From Stellaceae bacterium (GTDB taxonomy: Bacteria; Pseudomonadota; Alphaproteobacteria; ATCC43930; CGMCC-115725), in contig DASYYD010000185.1 of assembly GCA_035934195.1 (NCBI GenBank), positions 1 to 41,657 on the forward strand: a stretch of DNA of 41,657 nt. Reading direction: 5' to 3'. Of this stretch, positions 9,601-17,127 are shown one piece after another. How positions within the stretch are numbered: the first letter of the stretch is position 1; the number at the start of each line of letters is the position of its first letter. The notes beneath the pieces are model-generated. The model saw only the letters and a program-made list of their open reading frames with translations, made no database searches and had not been told where the DNA came from. The translations under genes and the position numbers were made by a program.

Positions 9601-10272
9601 GGCGCTTATGGCGCCGGGCTGCAGACGCCGATCGACGAGGGGATCTGGGAAGGTGAGGAGGATCTCGCCGAAGCCTATCTCGCCTGGAGCCATTGGGCCT
9701 ACGGCGCCGGCAGCGAGGGGCAGGCCGAGCGGGGCATGCTCGAGCGCCGGCTCGCGGCGACCCAAGCGGTCCTCCACAACCAGGACAACCGCGAGCACGA
9801 CCTCCTCGACAGCGACGACTATTACCAATTCGAAGGCGGGCTCGCGCTCGTCGTGCGCTGCCTCTCCGGAAAGGCGCCGGCGGTCTACCACAACGACCAT
9901 TCGCGCCCCGAAGCCCCGCGCATCAGGAGCCTCTCCGAAGAACTGGGGCTCGTCGTCCGCGGCCGCGCCGCCAACCCGCGCTGGATCCGGGGCATCATGC
10001 GGCACGGCTACAAGGGCGCGGCCGAGATCGCCGCCACCGTCGATTACCTCTACGCCTTCGCCGCCACCTCGCGGGCCGTCGAGGACGCGCATTTCGAGGC
10101 CCTCTACGAGGCCTATATTTTGGACGACGAGGTCCGCGAATTCATTGCCGCGCACAATGCTCCGGCCCTCGTCGAGACCAGCCGCCGCTTCTTGGAGGCG
10201 ATCGAGCGCGGCCTGTGGCGGCCGCGCCGCAACAGCGCCGCCGAGTCTTTGCGCGAATGGAGCCGAGGGTGA
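6628..10272 (+). CDS. cobN: Cobaltochelatase large subunit CobN (hydrogenobyrinic acid a,c-diamide cobaltochelatase)
   Basis: About 1214 aa. The ATG at 6628 shares one nucleotide with the cobW stop (TGATG). CobN/Mg-chelatase H-type sequence runs throughout (e.g. ILANYPNRDGRIGNGVGLDTP, HLGKHGTLEWLPGK, FIVNDPGEGSQAKRR, LPTGRNFHS). Preceded by cobW and a B12 riboswitch. Confidence 0.95.
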   Translation: MHLLATEPGTIADGSAAIDLAQTPADLVVLSAADTELALIAAAQARRVAEAPGAPSLRLASVLRLRHNFSVDLYMETVACARLVVARLLGGSGYWPYGVERLAETCRRAGIPLALLPGDDKPDPELFALSTLPQDAADRLWRYLVEGGPTNAGNFLRYAAALIGHETAWAEPAPLLRAGFYWPGRRVAALADIAAQWRGEGAVAAVVFYRALVQSGNTAPVDALVEALSARGLKPLPIFVQSLKEGEARALLEEAFRAAPPSVILNATGFSVRAGGAADPLAAADCPVLQAVFSGGDEAAWRQGTRGLNPRDLAMNVVLPEIDGRILARAVSFKAPLGRDPLTEADLVGWRPVADRVAFVADLARNWTRLRSKGVGERRLAIILANYPNRDGRIGNGVGLDTPASALAILRALAAAGYRLGPFPDSPQELIERLLAGPTNARPSAPYEEALSFAQYSAFFGTLPAAVQTAVTARWGAAERDPFFRPGSVDCGRFALPGFSIGNVAVLVQPARGYNIDPQGSYHDPALVPPHSYFAAYAWLFEDFRADAIVHLGKHGTLEWLPGKALALSAECFPESAFAPLPHLYPFIVNDPGEGSQAKRRTAAVIIDHLTPPLTRAGSYGALAELERLIDEFSEARRQDPRRVEPLAAAIIERARTAGIDRDCGIADGEDREAALSKLDGFLCELKELQIRDGLHVFGTSPDGARLDALLVAIARAERGTRPQDASLTRALAEDLGLAPGDDIERPEDLALRLVAREIVPRPEWRKSRSVLDWIEGVLRPAVADSGAAETAALLAGLDGRFVAPGPAGAPSRGRPDVLPTGRNFHSLDTRAVPTEAAWQLGWKSASLLVERYAQEHGEYPLRVALSAWGTANMRTGGDDIAQALALLGVRPLWERASGRVTGFEILPASVLDRPRVDVTLRVSGFFRDAFPGLIDLFDSAARAVAALAEPPDVNPLAARVAEDARALEAAGVAPGEARLRAGYRVFGSRPGAYGAGLQTPIDEGIWEGEEDLAEAYLAWSHWAYGAGSEGQAERGMLERRLAATQAVLHNQDNREHDLLDSDDYYQFEGGLALVVRCLSGKAPAVYHNDHSRPEAPRIRSLSEELGLVVRGRAANPRWIRGIMRHGYKGAAEIAATVDYLYAFAATSRAVEDAHFEALYEAYILDDEVREFIAAHNAPALVETSRRFLEAIERGLWRPRRNSAAESLREWSRG

Positions 10273-10892
10273 CGGCGGCACCTGACGAGGAAGCCGTGCT
10301 CAACCGCCGCCACCACGAAAAGATGGCGCGGAGGAAAGCGGCGCGCGACCGCATGCTGGCGACGAAGACAGAAGAGCGGGGGCTGCTGATCGTCCACACC
10401 GGCGCCGGCAAGGGGAAATCGACCGCCGCCTTCGGCATGGTGTTGCGCTGCCTCGGCCACGGCATGCCGGTCGGCATCGTGCAGTTCGTCAAGGGCGCCT
10501 GGACGAGCGGCGAGCGGCTCTTGTTCGAGCGCTTCCCCGACCTCGTCGCCTGCCGGGCGATGGGCGAGGGCTTCACCTGGGAAACGCAGGACCGCGCCCG
10601 CGACATCGCCGCCGCCCGCGCCGCCTGGGAGAGTGCGAAGGCGATGATCGCCGATCCGCGCTACCGGCTCGTGCTGCTCGACGAACTCAATATCGTGCTG
10701 CGCTACGATTACCTGCCGCTCGACGAGGTCTTGGCCGTGCTGGCGGGGAAGCCGAAGGATCTGCATGTCGTCGTCACCGGCCGCAACGCCCCCGCCGAAC
10801 TCGTCTCGCGCGCCGATCTCGTCACCGAAATGACGCTCGTCAAGCACCCGTTCCGCAGCGGCGTCAAGGCGCAGCGGGGGATCGAATTTTGA
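10257..10892 (+). CDS. cobO: Cob(I)yrinic acid a,c-diamide adenosyltransferase
   Basis: P-loop [14 protein letters not shown], then VQFVKG, DELN and VVTGRNAP motifs of CobO/BtuR. Start taken at ATG 10257 (16-nt overlap with cobN). GTG 10269 is an alternative that would overlap the cobN stop as GTGA. Confidence 0.88.
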   Translation: MEPRVTAAPDEEAVLNRRHHEKMARRKAARDRMLATKTEERGLLIVHTGAGKGKSTAAFGMVLRCLGHGMPVGIVQFVKGAWTSGERLLFERFPDLVACRAMGEGFTWETQDRARDIAAARAAWESAKAMIADPRYRLVLLDELNIVLRYDYLPLDEVLAVLAGKPKDLHVVVTGRNAPAELVSRADLVTEMTLVKHPFRSGVKAQRGIEF

Positions 10893-12403
10893 GCGCGCGC
10901 GCGCTGATGCTGCAGGGGACCGGCTCCGACGTCGGCAAGTCGCTCCTCGTCGCCGGGCTGGCGCGCGCCTTCGCGCGCCGGGGGCTCGCGGTGCGGCCCT
11001 TCAAGCCGCAGAACATGTCGAACAACGCGGCGGTGACCGGGCAAGGCGGCGAGATCGGCCGCGCCCAGGCATTGCAGGCGCGCGCCTGCGGGGTTCCGCC
11101 GACCGCCGACATGAACCCGGTGCTGCTGAAGCCGCAGGGCGAGACCGGGGCGCAGATCATCTTGCGTGGGCGCCTCTGGGGCGCCGCCGGCGCCGCCGAG
11201 TACCGCCGCCTCGCGCCGCAATTTCTGCCGCAGGTGCTCGCTTCCTTCGCGCGCCTCACGCGCGAAGCCGACCTCGTCCTCGTCGAAGGCGCGGGCAGCC
11301 CCGCCGAAGTCAACCTGCGCGCCGACGACATCGCCAATATGGGCTTTGCCGAGGCGGCCCAAGTGCCGGTCGTCCTCGTCGGCGACATCGGGCGCGGCGG
11401 CGTCATCGCGCAGCTCGCCGGCACCGTCATGCTGCTCTCCGACAGCGAGCGGCGGTTGCTCGCGGGCTACATCGTCAACAAGTTCCGCGGCGACCCGGCG
11501 CTCTTTGCCGGCGGCCTCGCCGCGCTCGGCGAGCGCACCGGGCTTCGTTCCTTCGGCGTCGTGCCGTATTTCGCCGAAGCGCATCTGCTGCCGGCCGAAG
11601 ATTCTCTCGCGTTGCGCCCTCCCTCTCCCCGCACGCGGGGAGGGGGCCGGGGTGAGGGGCGGAAGCCGGGCGAGCGCCTGCAAATCGCCGTTCCCCTCCT
11701 GCCGCGCATCGCCAATTTCGACGATCTCGACCCGCTCGCGGCCGAGCCCGAAATCGATCTCGTCATGGTGCCGCCGGGCCGGCCGCTGCCGCGCGAGGCG
11801 GCGCTGGTCATCCTGCCGGGCTCGAAAGCGACGATCGCCGACCTCGAATGCCTGCGAGGCGAGGGCTGGGACATCGATCTGCTGGCGCATCGCCGCCAGG
11901 GCGGCTGCATCCTCGGCCTCTGCGGCGGCTATCAGATGCTGGGCAAGAGCATCGCCGATCCGCTCGGCCTGGAAGGGCCGCCGCGCGCGGCGCCGGGGCT
12001 CGGGCTTCTCGATGTCGAAACGGTGCTCGATCGTGAAAAGCGTTTGCGGCTCGCCTGCGGCGTGGAGATCGCGAGCGGCATGCCGGTCGAGGGCTACGAG
12101 ATGCATCTCGGGGGCACGACCGGCGCTGCGCTCGCATGGCCCATGCTGCGGCTTGGCGATGGCGATTGCGGCGCGGTTTCCGAAGATCGGCGCGTCATGG
12201 GGTGCTACCTGCACGGGCTCTTCGCGAGCGACCCGTTCCGCCGCGCCTTTCTCGCCCGGCTCGGCGCCGCGGCCGGCGATTTTTGCTACCGGCAGCGGAT
12301 TGAAGAAACCCTCGACCGGCTCGCCCTTCATCTCGAAGCGAGCCTCGATCTCGATGCGCTCCTCGCCGCCGCGCGGCCGCCGCGCCTCAGAAAGGCGGCC
12401 TGA
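10889..12403 (+). CDS. cobQ: Cobyric acid synthase
   Basis: TTG start overlaps the cobO stop (TTGA). The N-terminal ATPase domain begins [13 protein letters not shown]. The C-terminal glutamine amidotransferase domain carries [10 protein letters not shown] (Cys nucleophile). The inter-domain linker contains the repeat-derived insert at 11618-11662. Confidence 0.93.
   Translation: MSARALMLQGTGSDVGKSLLVAGLARAFARRGLAVRPFKPQNMSNNAAVTGQGGEIGRAQALQARACGVPPTADMNPVLLKPQGETGAQIILRGRLWGAAGAAEYRRLAPQFLPQVLASFARLTREADLVLVEGAGSPAEVNLRADDIANMGFAEAAQVPVVLVGDIGRGGVIAQLAGTVMLLSDSERRLLAGYIVNKFRGDPALFAGGLAALGERTGLRSFGVVPYFAEAHLLPAEDSLALRPPSPRTRGGGRGEGRKPGERLQIAVPLLPRIANFDDLDPLAAEPEIDLVMVPPGRPLPREAALVILPGSKATIADLECLRGEGWDIDLLAHRRQGGCILGLCGGYQMLGKSIADPLGLEGPPRAAPGLGLLDVETVLDREKRLRLACGVEIASGMPVEGYEMHLGGTTGAALAWPMLRLGDGDCGAVSEDRRVMGCYLHGLFASDPFRRAFLARLGAAAGDFCYRQRIEETLDRLALHLEASLDLDALLAAARPPRLRKAA
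11618..11662 (+). repeat. REP-like GC-rich palindromic element, 45 nt, in frame inside the cobQ linker
   Basis: Sequence: cctccctctccccgcacgcggggagggggccggggtgaggggcgg. Hairpin core ctcccc/ggggag at 11625-11642. About 80% identical, without gaps and in the same codon phase, to 15239-15283. Encodes [15 protein letters not shown]. Confidence 0.55.
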
Positions 12404-13376
12404 AGTGCAGCGCGAGCCAGACGCCGAAGAGAATCCCGCCTTGCAACAGGCAGGCGAGCACATAGAGATGGAGCGCGCGCCCGATGTCGGCGGCCGCGGC
12501 GCGCGCGGTGCCGTCGCCGAGCCACGGGTCGGCGACGACGCCCGAGGCATAGCGGCGCGGGCCGGCGAGCGCGAGGCGCAGCGCTCCCGCCATCGCCGCT
12601 TCGGGCCAGCCGGCATTTGGCGAATGGTGCTTCCTCCCGTCGCGCAACATGATCCTGAGCGCCGCTCCGGGCCGCGAGCCCTTGGCGAAGACGGCCGCGC
12701 CCGAGATCAACAGGCCCGAAATCGGCGCCGGCAGGAAGTTGAGAACGTCGTCGAGACGCGCCGCCGCCCAGCCGAAGCTCCGATAGCGCGGCGTCTTGTG
12801 CCCGATCATGCTGTCGAGCGTGTTCGCCGCCTTGTAGGCGAAAAGTCCGGGCAACCCGAGCACCAGATACCAGAAGACCGGCGCCACGACGCCGTCGCTG
12901 AAATTCTCGGCGAGGCTTTCGATCGCGCCGCGCGCGACGCCGTGCTGGTCGAGGCTCGCCGGGTCGCGCCCGACGACGTGCCTGACCGCTTCGCGGCCGG
13001 CCGCGAGCCCGTCGTGCTGGAGCGCGAGGCCGACGGCGGAGACGTGCTCGAAGAGGCTCTTCTGCGCGACGAGCGCGGCGATCAGCAGGATCTCGACCGC
13101 GGTGCCGAGGAGCCTGCCGCGCGCCAGCCGGGCGACGAGCGCGCCCGCCGCCGCCGCCGCGCCGACGAGAATGACGACGCTGACGATGCCGCGCGCGCGG
13201 CGGTCGGCTTCGCTGCGGCTCTCTCGGTTGAGCTTCCTGTCGAAATAGGCGATGGCGCGGCCGGCGAGCACCGTCGGATGCGGGATGCGCCGAAACGGCG
13301 CCTCGCCGAAGACAGCGTCGAGCGCGAGGCCGGCGATCAGCATCAACAGCGGGTCGCGCGCGACCGTGCCGATCAT
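12387..13376 (-). CDS. cobD: Adenosylcobinamide-phosphate synthase (CobD/CbiB), integral membrane
   Basis: Motifs: [10 protein letters not shown] near the N-terminus, [11 protein letters not shown], and [16 protein letters not shown], with several hydrophobic segments. Met12 (13343) is an alternative start. Confidence 0.9.
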   Translation of the reverse strand: MIGTVARDPLLMLIAGLALDAVFGEAPFRRIPHPTVLAGRAIAYFDRKLNRESRSEADRRARGIVSVVILVGAAAAAGALVARLARGRLLGTAVEILLIAALVAQKSLFEHVSAVGLALQHDGLAAGREAVRHVVGRDPASLDQHGVARGAIESLAENFSDGVVAPVFWYLVLGLPGLFAYKAANTLDSMIGHKTPRYRSFGWAAARLDDVLNFLPAPISGLLISGAAVFAKGSRPGAALRIMLRDGRKHHSPNAGWPEAAMAGALRLALAGPRRYASGVVADPWLGDGTARAAAADIGRALHLYVLACLLQGGILFGVWLALHFRPPF

Positions 13377-13393
13377 CGGCGAAAGGACCTGCG

Positions 13394-14308
13394 ATGACGA
13401 AAACCGCCGTTCTGGTCTGCGGCCACGGCAGCCGCGACCCTGCCGCGACCCTGGAATTCGAGGCGCTGACGGCGGCGTTGGCCCGGCATCTGGGCGAGGT
13501 CGATCTCGCCGCCGGCTATCTCGAATTCGCCCGGCCGACGATCCGCGACGCGCTCGCCGCGCTCTACGCGCGCGGCGCCCGGCGGATTCTCGCGCTGCCG
13601 GCCATGCTGTTCGCGGCGAGCCATGTCAAGAACGACCTCCCTTGGGAAGTGAACAGCTTCGCCGCGGAGCACCCGGATGTCGATATCCGCTTCGGCCGCG
13701 ATCTGTCGATCGACGCGAAGCTGTTGGGCGCAGCGGCCGGGCGCATCGCCGAAATCGAGGCGGACGCCGCCGCCGGCCGGGCCGAAAGCCTGCTCCTCGT
13801 CGTCGGGCGCGGCACCAACGACCCCGACGCCAATTCCAACATTGCGAAGCTCGCGCGCATGCTGTGGGAGGGGATGGGCTTCGGCTGGGCCGAGACCGCC
13901 TTCAGCGGCGTCGCGCAGCCGCGCGTCGCGCCGGCCCTCGAACGCGCCTGCCGCCTCGGCTTTCGCCGCATCGTCGTCTTTCCGTATTTCCTCTTCACCG
14001 GGGTCTTGGTGAAGCGCATCTATGCCGAGACCGATGGCGTCGCCGTGCTCTTCCCGGAGATCGAATTCGCCAAGGCCCCCTATCTGCGCGACCATCCGCT
14101 GGTGGTGGAAACCTTCCTCGACCGGATCGACGAGATCGACAGCGGCGATCCGCGGATGAACTGCCAGTTGTGCAAATACCGCGCGCAGCTGGTCGGCTAT
14201 GAAAAGGAGATCGGCGCCGTGCAGGCAGCGCATCACCACCATGTGCGCGGCATCGGCACCGACGCCGATCATCGGCATCACCGCCACCACGATCACGACC
14301 ATCCTTGA
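13394..14308 (+). CDS. cbiX: Sirohydrochlorin cobaltochelatase, long-form CbiX (two CbiX repeats, MxCxxC motif, His-rich tail)
   Basis: ATG at 13394 with AAAGGA 7 nt upstream. Two CbiX-type halves: VLVCGHGSRDP... and LLLVVGRGTNDPDANS.... C-terminal MNCQLC motif and the tail HHHHVRGIGTDADHRHHRHHDHDHP. Confidence 0.8.
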   Translation: MTKTAVLVCGHGSRDPAATLEFEALTAALARHLGEVDLAAGYLEFARPTIRDALAALYARGARRILALPAMLFAASHVKNDLPWEVNSFAAEHPDVDIRFGRDLSIDAKLLGAAAGRIAEIEADAAAGRAESLLLVVGRGTNDPDANSNIAKLARMLWEGMGFGWAETAFSGVAQPRVAPALERACRLGFRRIVVFPYFLFTGVLVKRIYAETDGVAVLFPEIEFAKAPYLRDHPLVVETFLDRIDEIDSGDPRMNCQLCKYRAQLVGYEKEIGAVQAAHHHHVRGIGTDADHRHHRHHDHDHP

Positions 14309-14311
14309 GCG

Positions 14312-15904
14312 ATGCCGCCGCTCTTCGACAGCTATGTCGTCGTCGATTGGAGCGCAGCCAGCGTGCCGCGCCAGGGGCGCGACAGCATCTGGATCTGCCG
14401 GCACGACGCGGGCGGGGTGAGGACGTTCAATCCGCCTACCCGCCAGGCCGCGAAAATTCACCTCGAAGGGCTGTTGGAGTCCGCGCTCGGCGCCGGCAAA
14501 CGGGTGCTCGTGGGCTTCGATTTTCCGTTCGGCTATCCGGCCGGGTTCGCGGCCCGGCTCGGTCTCGCGGGCCCCGCCTGGCGGGCCGTGTGGGACGAAA
14601 TCGCGGCGCTCCTGAAGGACGACGGGCGCAACGCGAACAATCGGTTCGAAGCAGCCGAAGAGCTCAACCGGCGCATCTCCGAGGGCCGCTTTCCTTTCTG
14701 GGGGTGCCCCGCCGGCCGGGCGTACCATTTCCTCGGGCCGAAGCATCACCGCGGCCATGCCCGTGACGGCCTCGACGAGCGCCGCCTCGTCGACGCCTAT
14801 GTGCCGAGCGCGCAGCCCTGCTGGAAGCTGATGGGCGTCGGCTCGGTCGGCAGCCAGGCACTGACCGGAATCCCGGTGGTGCGAGCGTTGCGGGATGACC
14901 CGCGCTGGTGCGGGCGGTCCGCCGTATGGCCGTTCGAGACCGGCCTCGGCCCGCCGAACGGGGCGCCGATCGTCTTCGCCGAAGTCTATCCCTCGTTGTG
15001 GGGGAAGCCGGATTCAGCCGCGCCGAGCGCGACCAAGGACGAAGCGCAGGTTCGCGCGGTGTCGGGATTTTTCGCCGCTCGCGACGCCGCCGGCGAGTTT
15101 GGCCCTCTCTTTGCCGGCGACCCGCTCCTTTCCGCCGACGAGCGCCGGCGCATCGAGACCGAGGAAGCTTGGATGCTCGGTCTCACCGAAAGGCGGGTCC
15201 GAGCGGCGAAGGCCCCTCACCCTCCCGCTGTGCGGGTCTCTCCCTCTCCCCGCTCGTGCGGAGAGGGTCGGGGCGAGGGGCCATACGCCTACCTGCGCGA
15301 TCCTGCGGAAATCTATCGCCGCTCCTTCGCGCTGATCCGCGCCGAGGCGTCTCTCGACCGTTTGTCCCCGGAGATCGAGGCGCTGGCCTTGCGCCTCGCG
15401 CATGCCGCCGGCGATACCTCGATCCTCGCCGACCTCGCCTGGTCGCCGGGCGTGGTCGAGAAAGGCCGAAAGGCGCTCGCCGCCGGCGCCCCGATCCTCG
15501 TCGATGCGGCGATGGTCGCGGCCGGGATCGCGACCGAACGCCTGCCGGCCGGGAACCGGGTCGTGTGCACCTTGCGCGAGCCCGAGACGGCGAGCCTCGC
15601 CGCGCGCCTGCGCACGACCCGTTCGGCGGCGGCGGTCGAGCTGTGGCGCCCGCACCTGCCGGGCGCGCTCGTCGCCATCGGCAATGCCCCGACGGCGCTC
15701 TTCCGGCTTCTCGAATTGATTGCGGCGGGAGCGGGAACGCCGGCCCTCGTCCTCGGCTTTCCGGTCGGCTTTGTCGGCGCCGTCGAGGCGAAGTCGGCGC
15801 TCGCCCAATTCGGCCGCGGCCTCGCCTACGTCACGCTCCACGGCCGGCGCGGCGGCAGCGCCCTTGCCGCCGCCGCCGTCAACGCGCTCTTCGGGTACAG
15901 ATGA
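14312..15904 (+). CDS. cobH: Fusion ORF: uncharacterised N-terminal ~300-aa domain joined to precorrin-8X methylmutase (CobH/CbiC)
   Basis: A single 530-codon ORF. The C-terminal ~214 aa (YLRDPAEIYRRSFALIRAE...LVDAAMVAAGI...AIGNAPTALFRLLEL...VGFVGA) are typical CobH/CbiC. The N-terminal part has no match among cobalamin enzymes I know. The junction is a REP-like palindrome. Confidence 0.8.
   Translation: MPPLFDSYVVVDWSAASVPRQGRDSIWICRHDAGGVRTFNPPTRQAAKIHLEGLLESALGAGKRVLVGFDFPFGYPAGFAARLGLAGPAWRAVWDEIAALLKDDGRNANNRFEAAEELNRRISEGRFPFWGCPAGRAYHFLGPKHHRGHARDGLDERRLVDAYVPSAQPCWKLMGVGSVGSQALTGIPVVRALRDDPRWCGRSAVWPFETGLGPPNGAPIVFAEVYPSLWGKPDSAAPSATKDEAQVRAVSGFFAARDAAGEFGPLFAGDPLLSADERRRIETEEAWMLGLTERRVRAAKAPHPPAVRVSPSPRSCGEGRGEGPYAYLRDPAEIYRRSFALIRAEASLDRLSPEIEALALRLAHAAGDTSILADLAWSPGVVEKGRKALAAGAPILVDAAMVAAGIATERLPAGNRVVCTLREPETASLAARLRTTRSAAAVELWRPHLPGALVAIGNAPTALFRLLELIAAGAGTPALVLGFPVGFVGAVEAKSALAQFGRGLAYVTLHGRRGGSALAAAAVNALFGYR
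15211..15283 (+). repeat. REP-like nested palindromic element forming the junction of the fusion ORF
   Basis: The outer arms ggcccctcaccc (15211-15222) and gggcgaggggcc (15271-15282) pair at 11 of 12 positions. The inner arms are ccctctcc (15242-15249) and ggagaggg (15260-15267). The core 15239-15283 is homologous to 11618-11662. Confidence 0.6.
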
Positions 15905-17127
15905 AACGGTGGCTCACGATCGTCGGCATCGGCGAGGAGGGGCTCGCGGGCCTCAGCCCGGCGGCGCGCACCCTGATCGAGACCGCCGAAATCCTCGTCG
16001 GCGGCGCGCGCCATCTGGCGATGGTGCTGCAGGGCCCGGCCGAGCGGCAGCCTTGGGAGAGCCCGCTCAGGCGCTCGATCGGCCGCATCGCGGGCAACCG
16101 CGGCCGGCGGGTCGTGGTGCTGGCGAGCGGCGACCCGATGTGGTACGGCGTCGGCGTCACTCTCGCCCGGCGCTTCGCGCGCGAGGAGATGACGATCCTG
16201 CCGCATCTCGGCGTCTTCAGCCTCGCCGCCTCCCGGCTCGGCTGGCCGCTCGCCGAGTGCACGCTGCTCACCTTGCACGGCCGGCCGCTCGATATGCTGC
16301 GCCTGCATCTCGCGCCGAACCGCCGGATTCTCGTTCTCTCCGAGGACGGCGCGACCCCGGGCGCGGTCGCGGGCCTGCTGACCCGGCTCGGCTGGGGCGC
16401 GAGCGCGCTTGAGGTGTTGGCGCATCTCGGCGGCGAGCGTGAGGAGGCTTTCAGCGCCGAGGCGCGGCAGTGGGGCGAGCGCCGCGTCCCCGACCTCAAC
16501 ACGATCGCGCTCCTCTGCCGGCCGCAGCCGGGCGCCCGCATCCTGTCGCGGCTGCCCGGGCTTCCCGACGACGCCTTCGAGCATGACGGCCAGCTGACGA
16601 AGCGCGAAACCCGCGCCGCGACGCTTTCCGCTCTCGCGCCGCTGCCGGGCGAGACGCTGTGGGACATTGGCGCCGGCTGCGGCTCGATCGCGATCGAATG
16701 GCTGCGCGCGGGCGAGGGTTGCCGCGCCTTCGCCATCGAGAAGAACCCCGAACGGGCGGCGCTGATCGCGCGCAACGCCGCCGCGCTCGGCGTTCCCGGG
16801 CTGCGCATCGTCGCCGGTGCCGCGCCTGCTGCGTTGGCTGGGCTGCCCGACCCGGACGCGGTCTTTGTCGGCGGCGGGGTCGGCGGCGGCGACCTGCTGG
16901 CGGCCGCATGGGAGAGGCTCCTGGAGGGCGGCCGGCTCGTCGCCAACGTGGTGACCGCCGAGGGCGAGGCGCAGCTCCTCGATTGGCATGCCAGGCACGG
17001 CGGGATGCTGACGCGGCTCGCCGCGAGCCGCGCCGAGCGAGCCGGCGTGCATCATCTGTGGCGGTCTCTCGCCACCGTGACGCAGCTCGCAGCGACGAAG
17101 CCGGCCTGGGACGGCGGCCTGTCTTGA
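15901..17127 (+). CDS. cobL: Precorrin-6Y C5,15-methyltransferase (decarboxylating), CbiE+CbiT fusion type
   Basis: ATG at 15901 overlaps the cobH stop (ATGA). The N-terminal tetrapyrrole methylase domain includes LTIVGIGEEG and VVVLASGDPMWYGVG. The C-terminal SAM methyltransferase domain includes LWDIGAGCGSIAIEW. Confidence 0.9.
   Translation: MKRWLTIVGIGEEGLAGLSPAARTLIETAEILVGGARHLAMVLQGPAERQPWESPLRRSIGRIAGNRGRRVVVLASGDPMWYGVGVTLARRFAREEMTILPHLGVFSLAASRLGWPLAECTLLTLHGRPLDMLRLHLAPNRRILVLSEDGATPGAVAGLLTRLGWGASALEVLAHLGGEREEAFSAEARQWGERRVPDLNTIALLCRPQPGARILSRLPGLPDDAFEHDGQLTKRETRAATLSALAPLPGETLWDIGAGCGSIAIEWLRAGEGCRAFAIEKNPERAALIARNAAALGVPGLRIVAGAAPAALAGLPDPDAVFVGGGVGGGDLLAAAWERLLEGGRLVANVVTAEGEAQLLDWHARHGGMLTRLAASRAERAGVHHLWRSLATVTQLAATKPAWDGGLS

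Noticed and set aside
13200-13393. Possible second cobalamin riboswitch in front of cbiX.
   Set aside because: There is no GCCACTG B12 box or AGGGAA..GGTG core on the plus strand. The region is cobD coding sequence on the opposite strand.
16659-17123. Upstream extensions of track ORFs into the preceding gene: the GT39 ORF from 16659, cobO from 9693, cobL from 14908, cobI from 18245, hprK to 38189, EIIA to 36685, and murU to 27108.
   Set aside because: The extensions overlap well-supported upstream genes in another frame and are low-complexity. Internal starts that abut or overlap the upstream stop codon give proteins of normal length.
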